NCBI RefSeq assembly: GCF_963921235.1
Contig: NC_086097.1
Coordinates: 19,966,001-20,030,000, forward strand
DNA from: Mobula hypostoma
Lineage: Eukaryota
Reading direction: 5' to 3'
Length of the DNA stretch: 64,000 bases
The notes beneath the pieces are model-generated. The model saw only the letters and a program-made list of their open reading frames with translations. It was not told the DNA's origin and searched no databases. Position 1 is the stretch's first letter. Every line of letters starts with the position of its first letter. The position numbers and the translations under genes were made by a program. Positions 34,931 to 48,150 of the stretch are shown here, piece after piece.

Positions 34931-35859
34931 TTTCTTGAAGTTTGGATGATACAAGTAAAAATGTTAACAGTCATTCTTCTCCCCTATTTCGTGACCTCAC
35001 TTAATGATATTTCAGAAACTAAATTTTCCACTGTACTGTATTACCCCGCATGAAACACACCACCCAATCCATGTGCTTGATAATTGCTCTTCTCATTTTC
35101 ATGGCTGTCATTGACTTGAAACAGGAACTGTTTTTTAAAATATCTGCACAAATCTTACCTGACCTGCACAATACAGCCAGGACTTTGTTTTTAAACTTAA
35201 CTTGAACGTCTTAAAGCAGACTATTAAACTTGCACCCAATGCTCCATCTTTAGCATTAACTCTCTCCATCACCAATGCAGTAGCTACAATGTGCACCAGC
35301 AACAAGATGCACAGACCAATGTACCAGAAGTACTTCAACAACAGGTCCCAAAGTTATAACCAAGCCACCTTGAAAATCTGGAAGCACTGACGCTTCTGTA
35401 ATTGTCAGGTTGAATCATTCCTAGCATAAATGTACTGTGAAAGTACAAAGGCTCAAGAGCAGTTTTCAGCCATCTTCAAGGCCAATTGCAGATAGGCCAA
35501 AAGATAATGTTTTCACCCAGTGAAGAACACATCCTAAGGAGTTGTTACACACTTCACTCACCTATTTATTCACCTCTTAGCTCCTGAGAACAATTTCATT
35601 AGAAGTGTGGAATGCAATGAAGTGCTCTACTTATCTGGAATTGTTTCAGTAATTCTCAAAAAGGTTGACCCCATCCAAAATACAGTGGTCTGCTTAACTA
35701 ATGGCTCGTGTGCTACCTTAAACATCTATCTCCATCACCAATCATACATGATAGCTGCAATTCGTATATCTAAAAAAAATTACCACAGAGACTCATCTTC
35801 TATCACTAAAGAGGAATAGGGCAACATCACCTACAGGTTTTCTTTCAAATAACATGCTA

Positions 35860-36367
35860 CAATCAGTGTCTACTTTATTAGGGACAGGAGTAGAACCCAG
35901 TGTGGTTTTCTGCTGCTGTAGCCAATCCACTTCAAAGTTCAATGTGTTGTGCATTCAGGGATGCTCTTCTGAACACCACATTTAATGCATGGTTATTTGA
36001 GTTACTGTCGCCTTCCTGTCAGCCTGAACCAGTCTGGCAGTTTTCCTCTGACCTCTCTCTTTAACAAGGCATTTTCACCCACAGAGTTGCCGCTCACTGG
36101 ATGTTTCTTTTTTTAAACCATTCTCTGTAAACTGTAGACACTGTTGTACACGAAAGTCCCAGATCAGCAGTTCCTAAGATGCTCCAACCAACAATCATTC
36201 CATGGTCAAAGTCATATTGCATCACATTTCTTGCCCATTCTGATGTTTGGTCTGAACAACTGAACCTCTTGACCATTTATGCATTGAGATGCTGCCACAT
36301 GATTGGCTGCTTAGATATTTGCATTAACAAGGTGTACAGGCATACCTAATAAAGTGGCCATTGTGTG
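35860..36367 (-). mobile_element. Non-autonomous Tc1-like element
   Basis: TIRs CAGTGTCTACTTTATTAGG / CCTAATAAAGTGGCCATTG; peptide DFDHGMIVG..SILGTADLGLSCTTVSTVYREW. Confidence 0.8.
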
Positions 36368-38269
36368 CATATCCAATATGACTAATTAACATTAGACAGT
36401 GGAGAAATTATATTGAAAAATAAAGAATTCACGTAAAATTTGAACAAATACATTATGATTGTCTATTTGGAAATAGTGAAGGACTAAAGGCAAGAGCTAA
36501 AAAAAAAATGGTTTGTGGATTGAAAACAGAGGGCAGGAATAACTGGGTCATTAAGGGGCTTTAACAATTAATTGGGCCAGGAAATGAAAAGTGATATATC
36601 CAAGTATGCACTTGATAGAATGCAAGGTGGCAGAGAGGCTTCATTGGGTGAAGGGTATAGACTGGCAAGAACATAGCAAATGGAATATAACGTAAAAGAA
36701 TGTGAACATAATGATGAAAAACAAAGTCAGAAAATTTTTACAAACACTTGAGGTTGCCAAGGATTAGGTGTTCAGATGTGCTTACTCAAAATACAAGAGA
36801 GTGAGAAGTTTCCAGGAAACAAGATGGACCTTTATCATTGATTCTGTTCAGTTGCTTGACTTCTTATGTTTCCAAGTTGTGCCAGATACAGGGATGAATC
36901 TGAACTAATTGTATTTGTTAATACTAGTTTTATTCATGTCAACACAGTAGCAGGACTAATTATGTTGCTGTCCACAGACTCTGTGACTTACATATTCTCC
37001 CTGCAACTACATCGGTTTCTTGCACATTCCCAAGGTGCAAGATGCTTATTTAATTGGCCACTATTAATGTGTAGGCAAGTGGTAGAAACTGGAGCCTTTG
37101 ATGGGAATGTAGATAGAATTAAATGAGATTATTGTAAATGAGTATTTGGAGAGCAAAAGGGCCTGTGTTATGATATGCAACACTTTCAGCCAGCCACTCT
37201 TGTAATATTACAGTGAAATTAAAGATATGGATTGGTGAAAAATACTTATTGCTTATTTTGAACATTGCATACGATAAAATACAAAACATTCTTCAATCTA
37301 GACATATTATTTCTTTAAGTAATTTGCAAATTCTATTTGCAGCAATAGCATCAGCATGACTGAGACATCTTAAGATGGCAGCTGAACCATGGATTCATTG
37401 GGCTGCAAGTTAAATGAATCAGCTTTGCTCTGGAAACGTACTCTGCATTAAAGAAAGCTTAAAGCATAAGATCAAAATGATCTAAATATTGTGCCTCAAC
37501 ACGATGGTCTACTAAATCCTCCTCGCAAATATATTTAAAAACAGGATCTGGCCAAAACCAACAAGTGTTTAACTATCAACGTACTCACAAGACCCAAGAG
37601 AGTAATCCGAATTCAATTACTATAAATAACATTAGTTAGAAAACAAGCAGAGAGCCCCTGAGGGACAGGGAGCCGTGATGACAAGCTGCAGCCTCTTGCT
37701 GCAGAACAATTCATTAGGCAGAGCGTAACAGATGTGCCACGTGCTTACTGAAACCCATCAATTCTACTGGGGATTCATGTAATTATTTGAGTTTCGAGTG
37801 GCAGGCGCCACCAGTGGCACGGCAGCTGCACAGGCACTGGGGACCCTCGTGTTTTAATCAGCATCACTTAGACGGGCCCTCAGTGCACTTGACGCTAGCT
37901 TGATATGCAGTCAAGTGCAAATCCAAGCTGATAGCACAAGTAACTACCATCTAGATTGTTTTTTAAAGTGAGACCTGTAACAATTCACCAGTGCAATGTT
38001 CATACCCATCTGCCTATGAGAGTCTGGAACTGAGACTAATGAAAGACAGAGTAACTCACTGACTCGGATGGAATGCACTGAACTGACAGATTAATTTATA
38101 CAAGGAGAAAATGCATCATGTACCAACCTAAGAAATGGTGGTTTCTCTCCTAATCAAGGCACTTTGGATGCCATTTTCTATCAATGCTGGATGAATGAGG
38201 CCTCTGCCAATGCTGCTCTGTAAACTATCACAATGGGAATGGCTCACGGACTTCCTCCTTCGGATTGAT

Positions 38270-38375
38270 TTCCTGTTGAAGGGTCTCTGTCTGAAACGTT
38301 GACTGTTTTCCTCTCCATGCTGAGTTTCTCCAACATTTGTTGTGTGAGTGTGTTGCTCTTTCAGATCTGTATGCC
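38270..38375 (+). mobile_element. PLE terminal fragment
   Basis: CCTGTTGAAGGGTCTCTGTCTGAAACGTTGACTG followed by the GCTGAGTTTCTCCAACATTTG block. Confidence 0.6.
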
Positions 38376-39854
38376 TTCATATGGATTCTGCAAGGCATGA
38401 CCTCAATTTGGCACAATGGTGGTAGCTCTGTCAGGCATTCATATAACTATTGCAAAACCTTACTGCTCTTTCTAACTGTCCAACTAATAACAATTAAAAC
38501 TTTACAATGTCTTTGAGAAATAATTAATGTGTAATTGTATTGAATTAACCATCACCAGGCTACCAGCCACCACACATCATTAGCTATATTGATCTCTCTA
38601 TAGATTAGCAATAGGTAAGTTTGTTTTGTTTGCAGGATGTCTTCCTTTATCTCATTCTTAGATTTTGCCTTCAAAATGGGACGCTGGTAAAAGCTGTGAC
38701 ATGGGAAGGAGGGGGAGGGGTCAAGAAATTTGGAGGAAAGAAGTACCTTTGCAAATAAGTATGCTCACACGTGCATACATGACTACATTCATGTCTTGGT
38801 GGTTCTGAGCCAATAACATTTGGGTGTCATAGCAAACGACTACAAGGACTGTGTGTTTGCAGGAAGTGATGAATAATATAATTCCTTCCAAATTTTATGA
38901 TCTGCAGCAATTGCATCACAATCTGGGGCTCATTACCGAGAAACAGTATTGTCAGCAGACATACAAGCTAAATGGAACATGGTATTGGAAAAGAGAAATT
39001 TGCATTCAATTCTTGACAATTCTGAATTGTTGCTCTTCCCTCAATACACAAAGGTGACAACTGACATTGCAGGAAGACAGTGTTCTGCCCACCAACTCAC
39101 TGCTAACAGAAAATACATTCTATGAGAAGTAAAGGCATTTTCTAGACATGCAGTGTTAAATTTTAAATCTCTTCAGCCTTACCATCCTGTTCTAAATGCA
39201 AGAACTAAATGGCAGGCAAAAGGTCCTCAGGGTGAAATTCCAGCAGTCAATAACTGAATCAAAAAAGTCAGTGTGAATATGAAACAGGATTTTACATTTT
39301 GCACACTCATTGGCTATTTTACTAAAATAGTGACAGGAGAAATTTTACATACAAAAGATTTATGTTATGGATGAGGTCTCAAAGATAATTAGAGAAGAGA
39401 TCAAGACCTGCCTTTTGAACACTATAAAGTCAGACAGAAAGCTTTGGGGCTGTTCTCATTATAAATGAGGAATGATTTAATAGAGGTGTATAAAATAATG
39501 AAAGGGTGGGACAGAGTAGAAGCAGAGGAGGTCCCGGGGATTAATAGCTCCAGAACATGAGGACACAGCATAATATTAAATACATGAGAGTAGCACAGAG
39601 ATCAGGAGAAACTTTTCCTTTTATCATTGGGATTTAAACTTCTGTGAGATGTATCACTTATCAAGAATTATCATCAATTACGTTTTAATTAATTTTAAAA
39701 CTTTATAACAATAGCTTCAATAGGTAGTTGCAGGAAAAGAGAAATAAAATGATTTAGTTACAGTGCAGCCACACAATATTGGAACTGAAAATTTTGTGAG
39801 GACAAATACCAACACAGATTGTTTGGACCCAATTGCAACTTCAGTGCAAGTGAA

Positions 39855-41700
39855 AGAGAACTATAGCACAGAAACAGGCCCTTCGGCCCATGCAGTCCAT
39901 GCCAAACTATTATTCTGCCTAGTCCCATTGAGCTGCACTTGGGCCAAAGCCCTCCCATCCATGTACTTATCCAAACTTCTCTTAAATGTTGAAATCAAAC
40001 CCCCATTCATCACTTCCACTGTCAACTCATTCCACACTCTCACCACCCTCTCAGTGAAGAAGTTCCCCTTCATGTTCCCCTTAAATACTTTACCTTTCAC
40101 CCTTAATCCATGACATCTGGTTCTAGGCTCACCCAACCGCATTGGAAAAAACCTGCATATACAAATGTAATTATCCTATCAATACCCCTCAATTTTGTAT
40201 ACAGGTTTCCCCCGCTATCCGAAGGTAGAGCGTCCTATGAAACAGTTCGTAAGCCGGACTGTCATAAAGTGAATAAGTGATTACCATTTATTAATATGGG
40301 GAAAATTTTTGAGCGTTCCCAGACCCAAAAAATAACCTACAAAATCCTGCCAAATAACACATAAAACCTAAAATAACAGTAGCATATAGTAAAAGCAGGA
40401 ATGATATGATAAATACACAGCCTATATAAAGTGTCTAGCTCAGCGAAAATCTCGCTGAAGCGCTCTCAGCAGAAAAACTCTCTCCAGTAACCTTAAAGCT
40501 ATGAAGCTGTCAAATCACACCAAATAACACATAAAAATACACAGCCGATATAAAGTAGAAATAATGTATGTACAGTGTAGTATCACTTACCGGAATCGGG
40601 AAGACTTCAATAAATTGCAGTTTTGTCACAGTTAAACACTTGCTTATACGAATAACCATCTGACGCAATCGGCAATTGCCTCTGATCTGGGCCGACATTT
40701 ATGTGCTGGGCGGCACATAAAGCTAATTAATTAGCTTGTTTATTTTGGCTCTTTTCTTAAGGATGTGCTGGGTGCATTCCGACTACTGCTGCACCCCTGC
40801 ATACTTCACGGCAATGTATCAGTCCGCGGCCCAGAGGTTGGGGACCACTGCTTAAACTATGAAGCTGCCCTCGCCTCAGAAACTGATCAAATCACCCATG
40901 ACTACCTTTAAATTCCACTTTAGCAACACTTTCATCACCATCGTCCAGTGCTTTCTGTTTCAGCTTATTAAAAAGACTGATTTCTCCTTAAGTATAAGAA
41001 AATTTAACAGAACACCACGCTTTGTACACCCATCAGTCCACTCAAGCAATAGACATTCCATTTTATCCATTATTGGATGCCGCTAAGAGAGACCACTTTG
41101 CTATGAGCAGAACCAACAGTAACATCCGCAGCTTTCAAAATTTTTTCTCTCTGCGTATAAATAGTGCGAATGGTGGACGCAGGCAAGTTCAACACGTGGA
41201 CAATGTCCTTACTTCGTTCACCACGATCGAAACAATTAATTATGTCTAGTTTTACGCTAAGTGTAACACCCTTACGAGCTCTTTTAGGCTTTTCCGATAC
41301 CTTAGAACTAATCTTGCTAACGGTTGCACAAAATAAAACAAGATAAAGTACGTGTTTAAGCAATGCCGGCTAGAATGCAGTTCCAGGGGGAGGGGCTTGG
41401 CTGTTCAGGCGTGCGTTGTATTTTTTCGTAACAGTGAAAACACCTTCTGTTAGCAAAAACAGGTAACTAATGTAGGTCTTTCATAACAACGAGGTGTCAT
41501 AAAGCAAATGTTCAGAAAACGGGGGCCACATGTACCTCTATCAAATCTCCCTTCATTCTCCTACACTCTAGGGAATAAAGTCCTAATCTATTCAAATTTT
41601 CCATATAACTCAAGTCTTCAAAATCCTTGCAAATTTTCTTTGCATTCTTAATGTTATTGATAACTTTCCTGTAGGTATGTAGGTGACCAGAACTATATAC
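39855..41700 (-). mobile_element. CR1 3' part split by a Tigger insertion (39855-40201 and 41533-41700)
   Basis: Flanks rejoin as AATTTTGTATACCTCTATCAAATCT, as in the uninterrupted copy near 28936. Confidence 0.8.
40202..41532 (-). mobile_element. Tigger/pogo-type element, internally deleted
   Basis: TA TSDs (40200-40201, 41533-41534); TIRs CAGGTTTCCCCCG / CGGGGGCCACATG; CENP-B/psq-like HTH peptide KRARKGVTLSVKLDII...LNLPASTIRTI (41070-41363). Confidence 0.85.
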
Positions 41701-42034
41701 AATTAGTGTTGTTAAAGTCAAGTCTGGTCAATTCATTTAAACAGGTAACTATTCTAAGGCCTATAGCTTTTCCAATCCCCACACCACCACCCCACACTTT
41801 AAAAAATCACATATTATTTAAATTCATTTTTTACTTGTCTGCAAAAGTTACACCACCCCTTCAATTATTTTCTCTTTCATGTTCAGTTAGAATAACAGTA
41901 ACTGCTGAACAACTCTAGTAACTGTTGAATGGGAAGAATACTGTCAGAGACCAAATTTACTTTTTGTCATTAACCTAACGTAACGTGAAGTAACTTTCAA
42001 CATGTACCATGAAACGTAACCAGAACTGATTTTT

Positions 42035-43109
42035 TTATATATTTATTAACTTTTTATTTATTTATTGCAAACAAAAAAACAAAAAAAAAGCACATCCATA
42101 AAAACCACAACCATAACAAAATCAAATTAAATATTGGGCAGTAAAAGGGAGAAAAATATAAAGGCAAAAGTAAACATACACAGCAGAGGTGCACCGCACC
42201 AAAACACCTCAGTCCTCACCCCGCAAGAAAGCCAATACAGGGCCCCATATCCTTTCAAAGATGTCCCCTCTGTCCTCATTACATAGTCTTAGTCTCTCCA
42301 AATGTAGAGTTTTTGCCGGTTCTCTCAGCCACAGATCGTACGTAGGCACAGTCCATTTTCCACATTTGCAGGATTAACTTCTTAGCAATCACCATTCCAA
42401 ACAATACAGCCATTTTTTCATACATATTGGCTGAAGATAGGGAGTTTGTTGCTCCAAGCATGGTTATGAGCGGGTCTGGTTCCCACTTATATTGACACTC
42501 CGATTTGTGACAATCATTCCTTTTTGCCTGGCCTGAATGATACTGTTTTTTCTACCTGGCATCTGTAGTGTAGGTGACAATATATTAATGGAAACTTTGC
42601 CTCATTTGCACAGATACAAGCAGTTTACAATATCCCTGCATCTAGTTGTTTTTTTTTAAGATATTTACAAATTCGAGATTATGTTAGGGAAATATATACC
42701 TAACTTCGAAGTTTTAGACAAACACGAGTCCCTGGAGACAATAAATAAATTTGAACTTGTTACTCATAGTGTGGTATCCTATTTTTATCAGATCCTACAT
42801 AATGGAGCTCTGGTGAATTCTGCAGATTTTAAACAGGCATGGGTAGGTGAATTGGGTATAGAACTGACAGAGGACGTCTGGGATGAGTGTTTAAAGAGTA
42901 TACATGATTGTTCGGTCAACGTCAGACACAGACTTATACAGTTTAAAACAATACATAGACTCCATTATTCCAAAGAAAAGTTGCAGTTTCTACCCTGATG
43001 TTTCACCAGTTTGTAATCGATATAAATCTGTGAACAATAACTTGTCACGTGCATTCTGGTCATGTTATAAGCTTTATGTATACTAGAAAAGCATTTTTCA
43101 CTGTTTCTA
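42035..43109 (-). mobile_element. L1-clade LINE 3' end with 5' inversion
   Basis: T-rich tail at left, minus-strand AKKLILQMWK, plus-strand RLIQFKTIHRLHYS...CNR...AFWSC; 18-bp TSD TAACCAGAACTGATTTTT (42017-42034, 43110-43127). Confidence 0.88.
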
Positions 43110-43692
43110 TAACCAGAACTGATTTTTAAAATATGATAATATAATTAAAAGCAGCTAGTCTCAGAGGAGAGAATGATAGTTCTTACATTTGAAAACCACA
43201 GTATTTGCATGTACTTTATACTGCTTACTCTGAGGTTCCAATAGTTAGTGGAGAGACAACTGGCAAGTTTATATGAAGAATTCTGGTATAGATGTACAAC
43301 AAAAATTAGCCTTAATTATATTTGTCTATCCTGGGTAAAGAATCTGTAGCCCTCCAATACATAATTGATTATAACCCCAGCATGGAATGTCACAAAAGAT
43401 CAATTAATAATAGAGGAAATATCTTGCTAAAAATTAAACATATACTTCGAAAGACGTTAGCAGAATACATAGGAGGAAACTCCTCTCTTTGGAAGGACAG
43501 CTGATAACCACAGAATACTGAAGGCAATTGGCAAAAGAAAAATTTTTTTTCAGCAGCAGGTTTATGATTTGGAATGCATTGCACAAAAGATTAATGGAAG
43601 TTGATTCATTAGCAAGTTTCAATATAGAGTTGGTAAATACTTGAAAAAGGAAAAACACTAAATCTATGGGGAAAGAGCTGTGAGGTGGAACC

Positions 43693-44260
43693 AATTAGAG
43701 AGCTCATTCATAAAGCTATACAAAGTACGGAGCCCTCTCACTCATCCATATCCAGGGCACATTAAATATTAAATATTACAACAAAAAATAAATATAAAGT
43801 ATTTTGCTGATCCCTTGAATATGAAGAATAACAGACATTCATATTTATTTTTAAAATTTCTTTTACAGATAAATCCACTCTTAAAGTTAAAATGCACAAT
43901 ACACGATCAAATCTCTGCCTAAAATCCTTAAGATATAGACTATAAAATATAGGAACAGAATTACGCTATTTTGCCCATCACATCTGCATCGCAAAACCCT
44001 TCTAATTAGAAAGCTTATTCGTAAAGCTACACAAGTACTGAGCCCTCTCACTCATCTATACCCAGGGAACATTAAATGTCAAATACTACAACAAAAATTA
44101 CATACAAAATGTTTGTTGATCCTTTGAATACTTGGAATAACAACTGAAATATATATTTATTTTAAAATTTTCTTTTCCAGGTGAATCCACTTTTAAAGTT
44201 AAAATTAATTTTGATGGTAGTGCAGAGTGCATGATCAAATATCTGATTAAAAACCCTTCG
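43693..44260. repeat. Diverged tandem duplication, period about 311 bp
   Basis: GAGCCCTCTCACTCATC...ATCCACTYTTAAAGTTAAAAT occurs twice (units start 43693 and 44004). Confidence 0.85.
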
Positions 44261-45332
44261 AGTTCGGCATTTTTTTTAAAAATAATGTCCTTAATTTTTT
44301 TTTCTCCTTGTTATTACGAATCAGTGGCCAGTAAAAAGAGACCCATGTTCCTTTGGTGGACAATGAATAAAATCACACATTTTACTACAGAGTATTATAC
44401 TGACAGTTGTGAATAATCTACAGTATATAATTTACCTTATTCATAGGCACTTTTGCCTAAAGGACGTTCAGCACATTGGGCCACCTCAACCCATTTCCTA
44501 ATTCATACCAACCTACAAATTTAATCTTATCCTTTGGAGTTATTTTTTGATCTACTGAATAAGGTTATAAAATTGGCCGGTTAGAGAAATTAACATACAT
44601 ATTGAGTAGTAGACCAGCATCTTCACTGACACCAAGAATTAATACAGATACCAGTGGAAAGCTGGGAAGCAGCCCTTTGAGTGATGGGGGATTAGCCAAA
44701 TAAATGTTCAAGAGCTCTGGAAAAGATTAAATGCTCCTCTTGTTGTTTATCTTGTCCTGTCCTAAAGCATTCCACTTACATTAATTGCATTAAAGATCCT
44801 TCGATAACAAAAAGAAAAAAAAACAAATACATTGCTGGTGCTAGAAATCTAAAATAAAACAGAAGATAGTGGAAAATCTCAGTAGGCTTGGCTTTTATTT
44901 CAAGGTTTTCATTCTTTATTAAACAGGTTGCATTTATAAAGCACCATTAACACAGTAAAATGCCTCAAAGGAACATTACCAAAGTAAGTATGATTCAAGT
45001 TACACAAGGAGAACACAGATGATTTAAAATTACATCAAAGTAAGGATTAAGGAGGACAGTACCAGGAAATTTACAGAAGGAATTTTAAAGTTTCAGATCT
45101 AGGCAGCTGAAGACTGAGCTGTCAAGAGTAGAGTGATGAAATTTGAGAATGTGCAGAAGGCCACAAGGCACAATTTAAGGTGCACAAATGGACAGCTGCA
45201 GAAGGTTACATAGAGTGAGGAAAGGGGAGGCACTAAGGATTTTAAAAACTAGGATAAGAATTTGTAGAGTTGGTGGATATTACTTAGAACTTCACAGGCC
45301 TTTATCAAGATATATATCTATAGTAGGTAATA

Positions 45333-46882
45333 CAGGTTTCCCCCACCATCCGAAGGTAGAGTGTTCCTATGAAACAGTTCGTAAGCCGAAATGTTGTAAA
45401 GCGAAGAAGCAATTACCATTTATTTATATGGGAAAATTTTGTGAGCGTTCGCAGACCCAAAAATAACCTACCAAATCATGCCAAATAACACATAAAACCT
45501 AAAGTAACAGTAACATATAGTAAAAGCAGGAATGATGTGATAAATACACAGCCTATATAAAGTAGAAATACTTTTCCACAATCATTACTGAACTGTTCTC
45601 CATAGCGAAAATCTCACGCAAGCGCCGTTGGCAGAAAATCTCACGCAAGCGCTGTTGGCAAGAACGCTCTCTCCAGTAACCTTTAAGCTATGAAGCTGCC
45701 AAATCATACCAAATAACACCTAAAAATACACAGCCTATATGAAGTAGAAATAATGTATGTACAGTGTAGTATCACTTACCGGAATCGGGACAGCGCCGAG
45801 CAGACTGATGATGGTGTGTTAGACTGAGTCGTCGCAGGCTGGGTGGTGCAGTGGCCCCCACCCTCCGGGCCACCAACCAATACCGATCTGCGAAGCATGC
45901 AGGGGTTCAGCGGTAGCCAGGAGGTACACAGAACATCTTTAAGAAAAAAGCCAAAACAAACATGCTAATTAATTAGGTGCCGCCCGTAATTGTCGGCCCA
46001 GATCAGTTTCTCTGCTGTCTCGTTGTCTCTGATCTGGGCTGACAATTACGTGTCGGCGGCACCTAATTAATTAGCAGGTTTATTTCGGCTTTCTTCTTAA
46101 AGATGTGCTGTTTGCCTCCCGGCTAACTTTGCATTCTACGCGAATCAGTATCTGTCCGTGGCCTGGGGGTTGGGGTGGTGGGACACTGGGGTGTCATCTC
46201 GTCATCTGTTTCCATTAGAGCAGCAGCTCATCTTCTCCTATCTCTGCCCGCCTCGATGTCGAAGGTCGAGGTTCGTCGTCTGCTGCGGCTGATGTGGAAG
46301 GCTTGCTTGACTGCTGAGCCTCGCACATTTTTCTATCACACAGTTCTTTAATAAGGACTCAAACCATCCTGCAAATATCTCCTAAACCGACATACCCTTT
46401 CAAAATTAAAGTCGTACTTTATCATTACTCATTGTTATCCTTTTTTCTTCCAATTGCATCAGCTCTTCATCTGTCAGTTCTTGGTGATGGGATGCCAAAA
46501 CCTCTTCAACACCATGTTCGTCAGCTTCCACAAGCCAAACTCACGTTGTCCTTACTTTGTTCACCACGATCAAAATGCTTAATTATGTCTAGTTTTGCTG
46601 TAAGTGTAACACCCTTATGAGCTCTTTCAGGCTTTTCCGATACCATACTCATCTTGCAAACGGCTGCTCACAGGCACGTGTTAAAGCAATGCCGGCAAGA
46701 ATCCGGGGGAGAGCAACTGCTTGGGGTGCGCTGCTTTTTATCACGCGCTGATTTTTTCACGCGTTGAATTTTTTTTCATAACAGTGAAAACACCTTCTGA
46801 AAGCGAAAACAGGGTACTAATGTAGGCTTTTCATAACAGTGAAGTTTCGTAAAGCGAACATTCGAAAAGTGGGGGACACCTG
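45333..46882 (-). mobile_element. Tigger/pogo-type element with the DDE core deleted
   Basis: TIRs CAGGTTTCCCCCAC / GTGGGGGACACCTG; N-terminal SEKPERAHKGVTLTAKLDII joined to C-terminal EVLASHHQELTDEELMQLE. Confidence 0.85.
45849..46188. repeat. Long imperfect palindrome (hAT-like MITE) inside the Tigger
   Basis: GCTAATTAATTAGGTGCCGCC..GTAATTGTCGGCCCAGATCAG is mirrored across a loop at about 46007-46028. Confidence 0.8.
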
Positions 46883-47299
46883 GTGTATATTAGAATTAGA
46901 TAAACCAGTACCCAACTAAACACTACCCTGCAAAAGCCCAATTTGCTAGAGGGGCACTTAGACCTTCGGTCAGAAGCTGACAAGTAATATCCTCCGCACT
47001 CCTATACTTTTAAAGGGGATATATGCTTGGGTCGCTTGCCGCTGTGCTGGGAACATTGCACAAATATCTACCTAGCCTGCTGTTGTTGAAGGGACCTGGC
47101 ACAAAACCCCTGCAATTCACTGACACCCTTGTAGAAAAGAATCACCAACAGCTTGGTGAACTGAGTTTATCTGTGAGGGTAGTGTTGATCTGGAAATGAT
47201 ATTGTCCAGAAGGTTCTTCAGAAGTCAGAAATGGGGCCCAAAATGGAGTCTCAATTTTGAACTTTAACAAGTTACAAAACAAAATCGGGCAGCATCGCC

Positions 47300-48150
47300 A
47301 ACAGTAGCAGATCCTATCCTGATGAGCTTAACGCATTCTTTGCACGTTTTGAACAAAGGGAAATGGTTGTGTCACCACTCATCCTGACAGCCTCCAGTGC
47401 ATCTAATTCTACAGTCACCATCACAGACATAAAATTAGTCTTCTGCAACAAGCATCAGGCTTGGATGGTTTCCCTGGCTGTATCCGTAGATCCTTAGATC
47501 CTGTGTGGGTCAGCTGGCAGGGCTATTTGCAGACATTTTTAACCTCTCCCTGCTTCAGGCCGTGGTTCCTCCTGCTTTAAGAAGGTCATTATCATCCCGG
47601 TACCAAAGAAAAACAAGATAATTGCTTTAGCAACCACCAGCCAGTGTCTCTGACACCTACCATCAAGTACATCAAGCGGCTGGTTATGACACATATTGAC
47701 TTCAGCTTTCCAGACAAACTCAACCACTGCAAACTGCCCACTGCTGAAATGGGTCTACGGCGGGCAATATCCCCCTGGTCCTACACTCATTCCTGCAGCA
47801 TCTGGATAGCAAACACAAAATGCTGAAGTATCCCAGCAACTCAGGCAGCATCTATGGAGAGAATAAAGAGTAAACGTTTCAAACTGAGATCTTCCATCAG
47901 GACTAGAAAGGAGGGGTTAAAAGCCAGAAAAGGGTTTGGGGGAGGGGGGACAGAGAGAAGGAGTATAAGCTGGCTGGTTATAGGTGAGACCAGATGATGA
48001 GGAAGGTGGGTGGGTGAAATAGCACCCCCCCCCCCACACCAACCCACCTTCCCCTCCTCTCTTCCCCCACCCGTCCACGTTATTACTCTAAGTAAGCTCA
48101 TCACCAAACTCCAGAAACTGGGAGTCAATGCTTCCCTCTGCAAATGGATC
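47300..48150 (+). mobile_element. Rex1/Babar RT fragment interrupted by a PLE end (about 47810-48075)
   Basis: CFKKVIIIPVPKK and SLTPTIKYIKRLVMTHI motifs. Confidence 0.65.

Noticed and set aside
38636..38686. Possible 51-nt exon (TTTGCAG...CTG/GTAAAA)
   Set aside because: Weak donor and an unrecognisable peptide.
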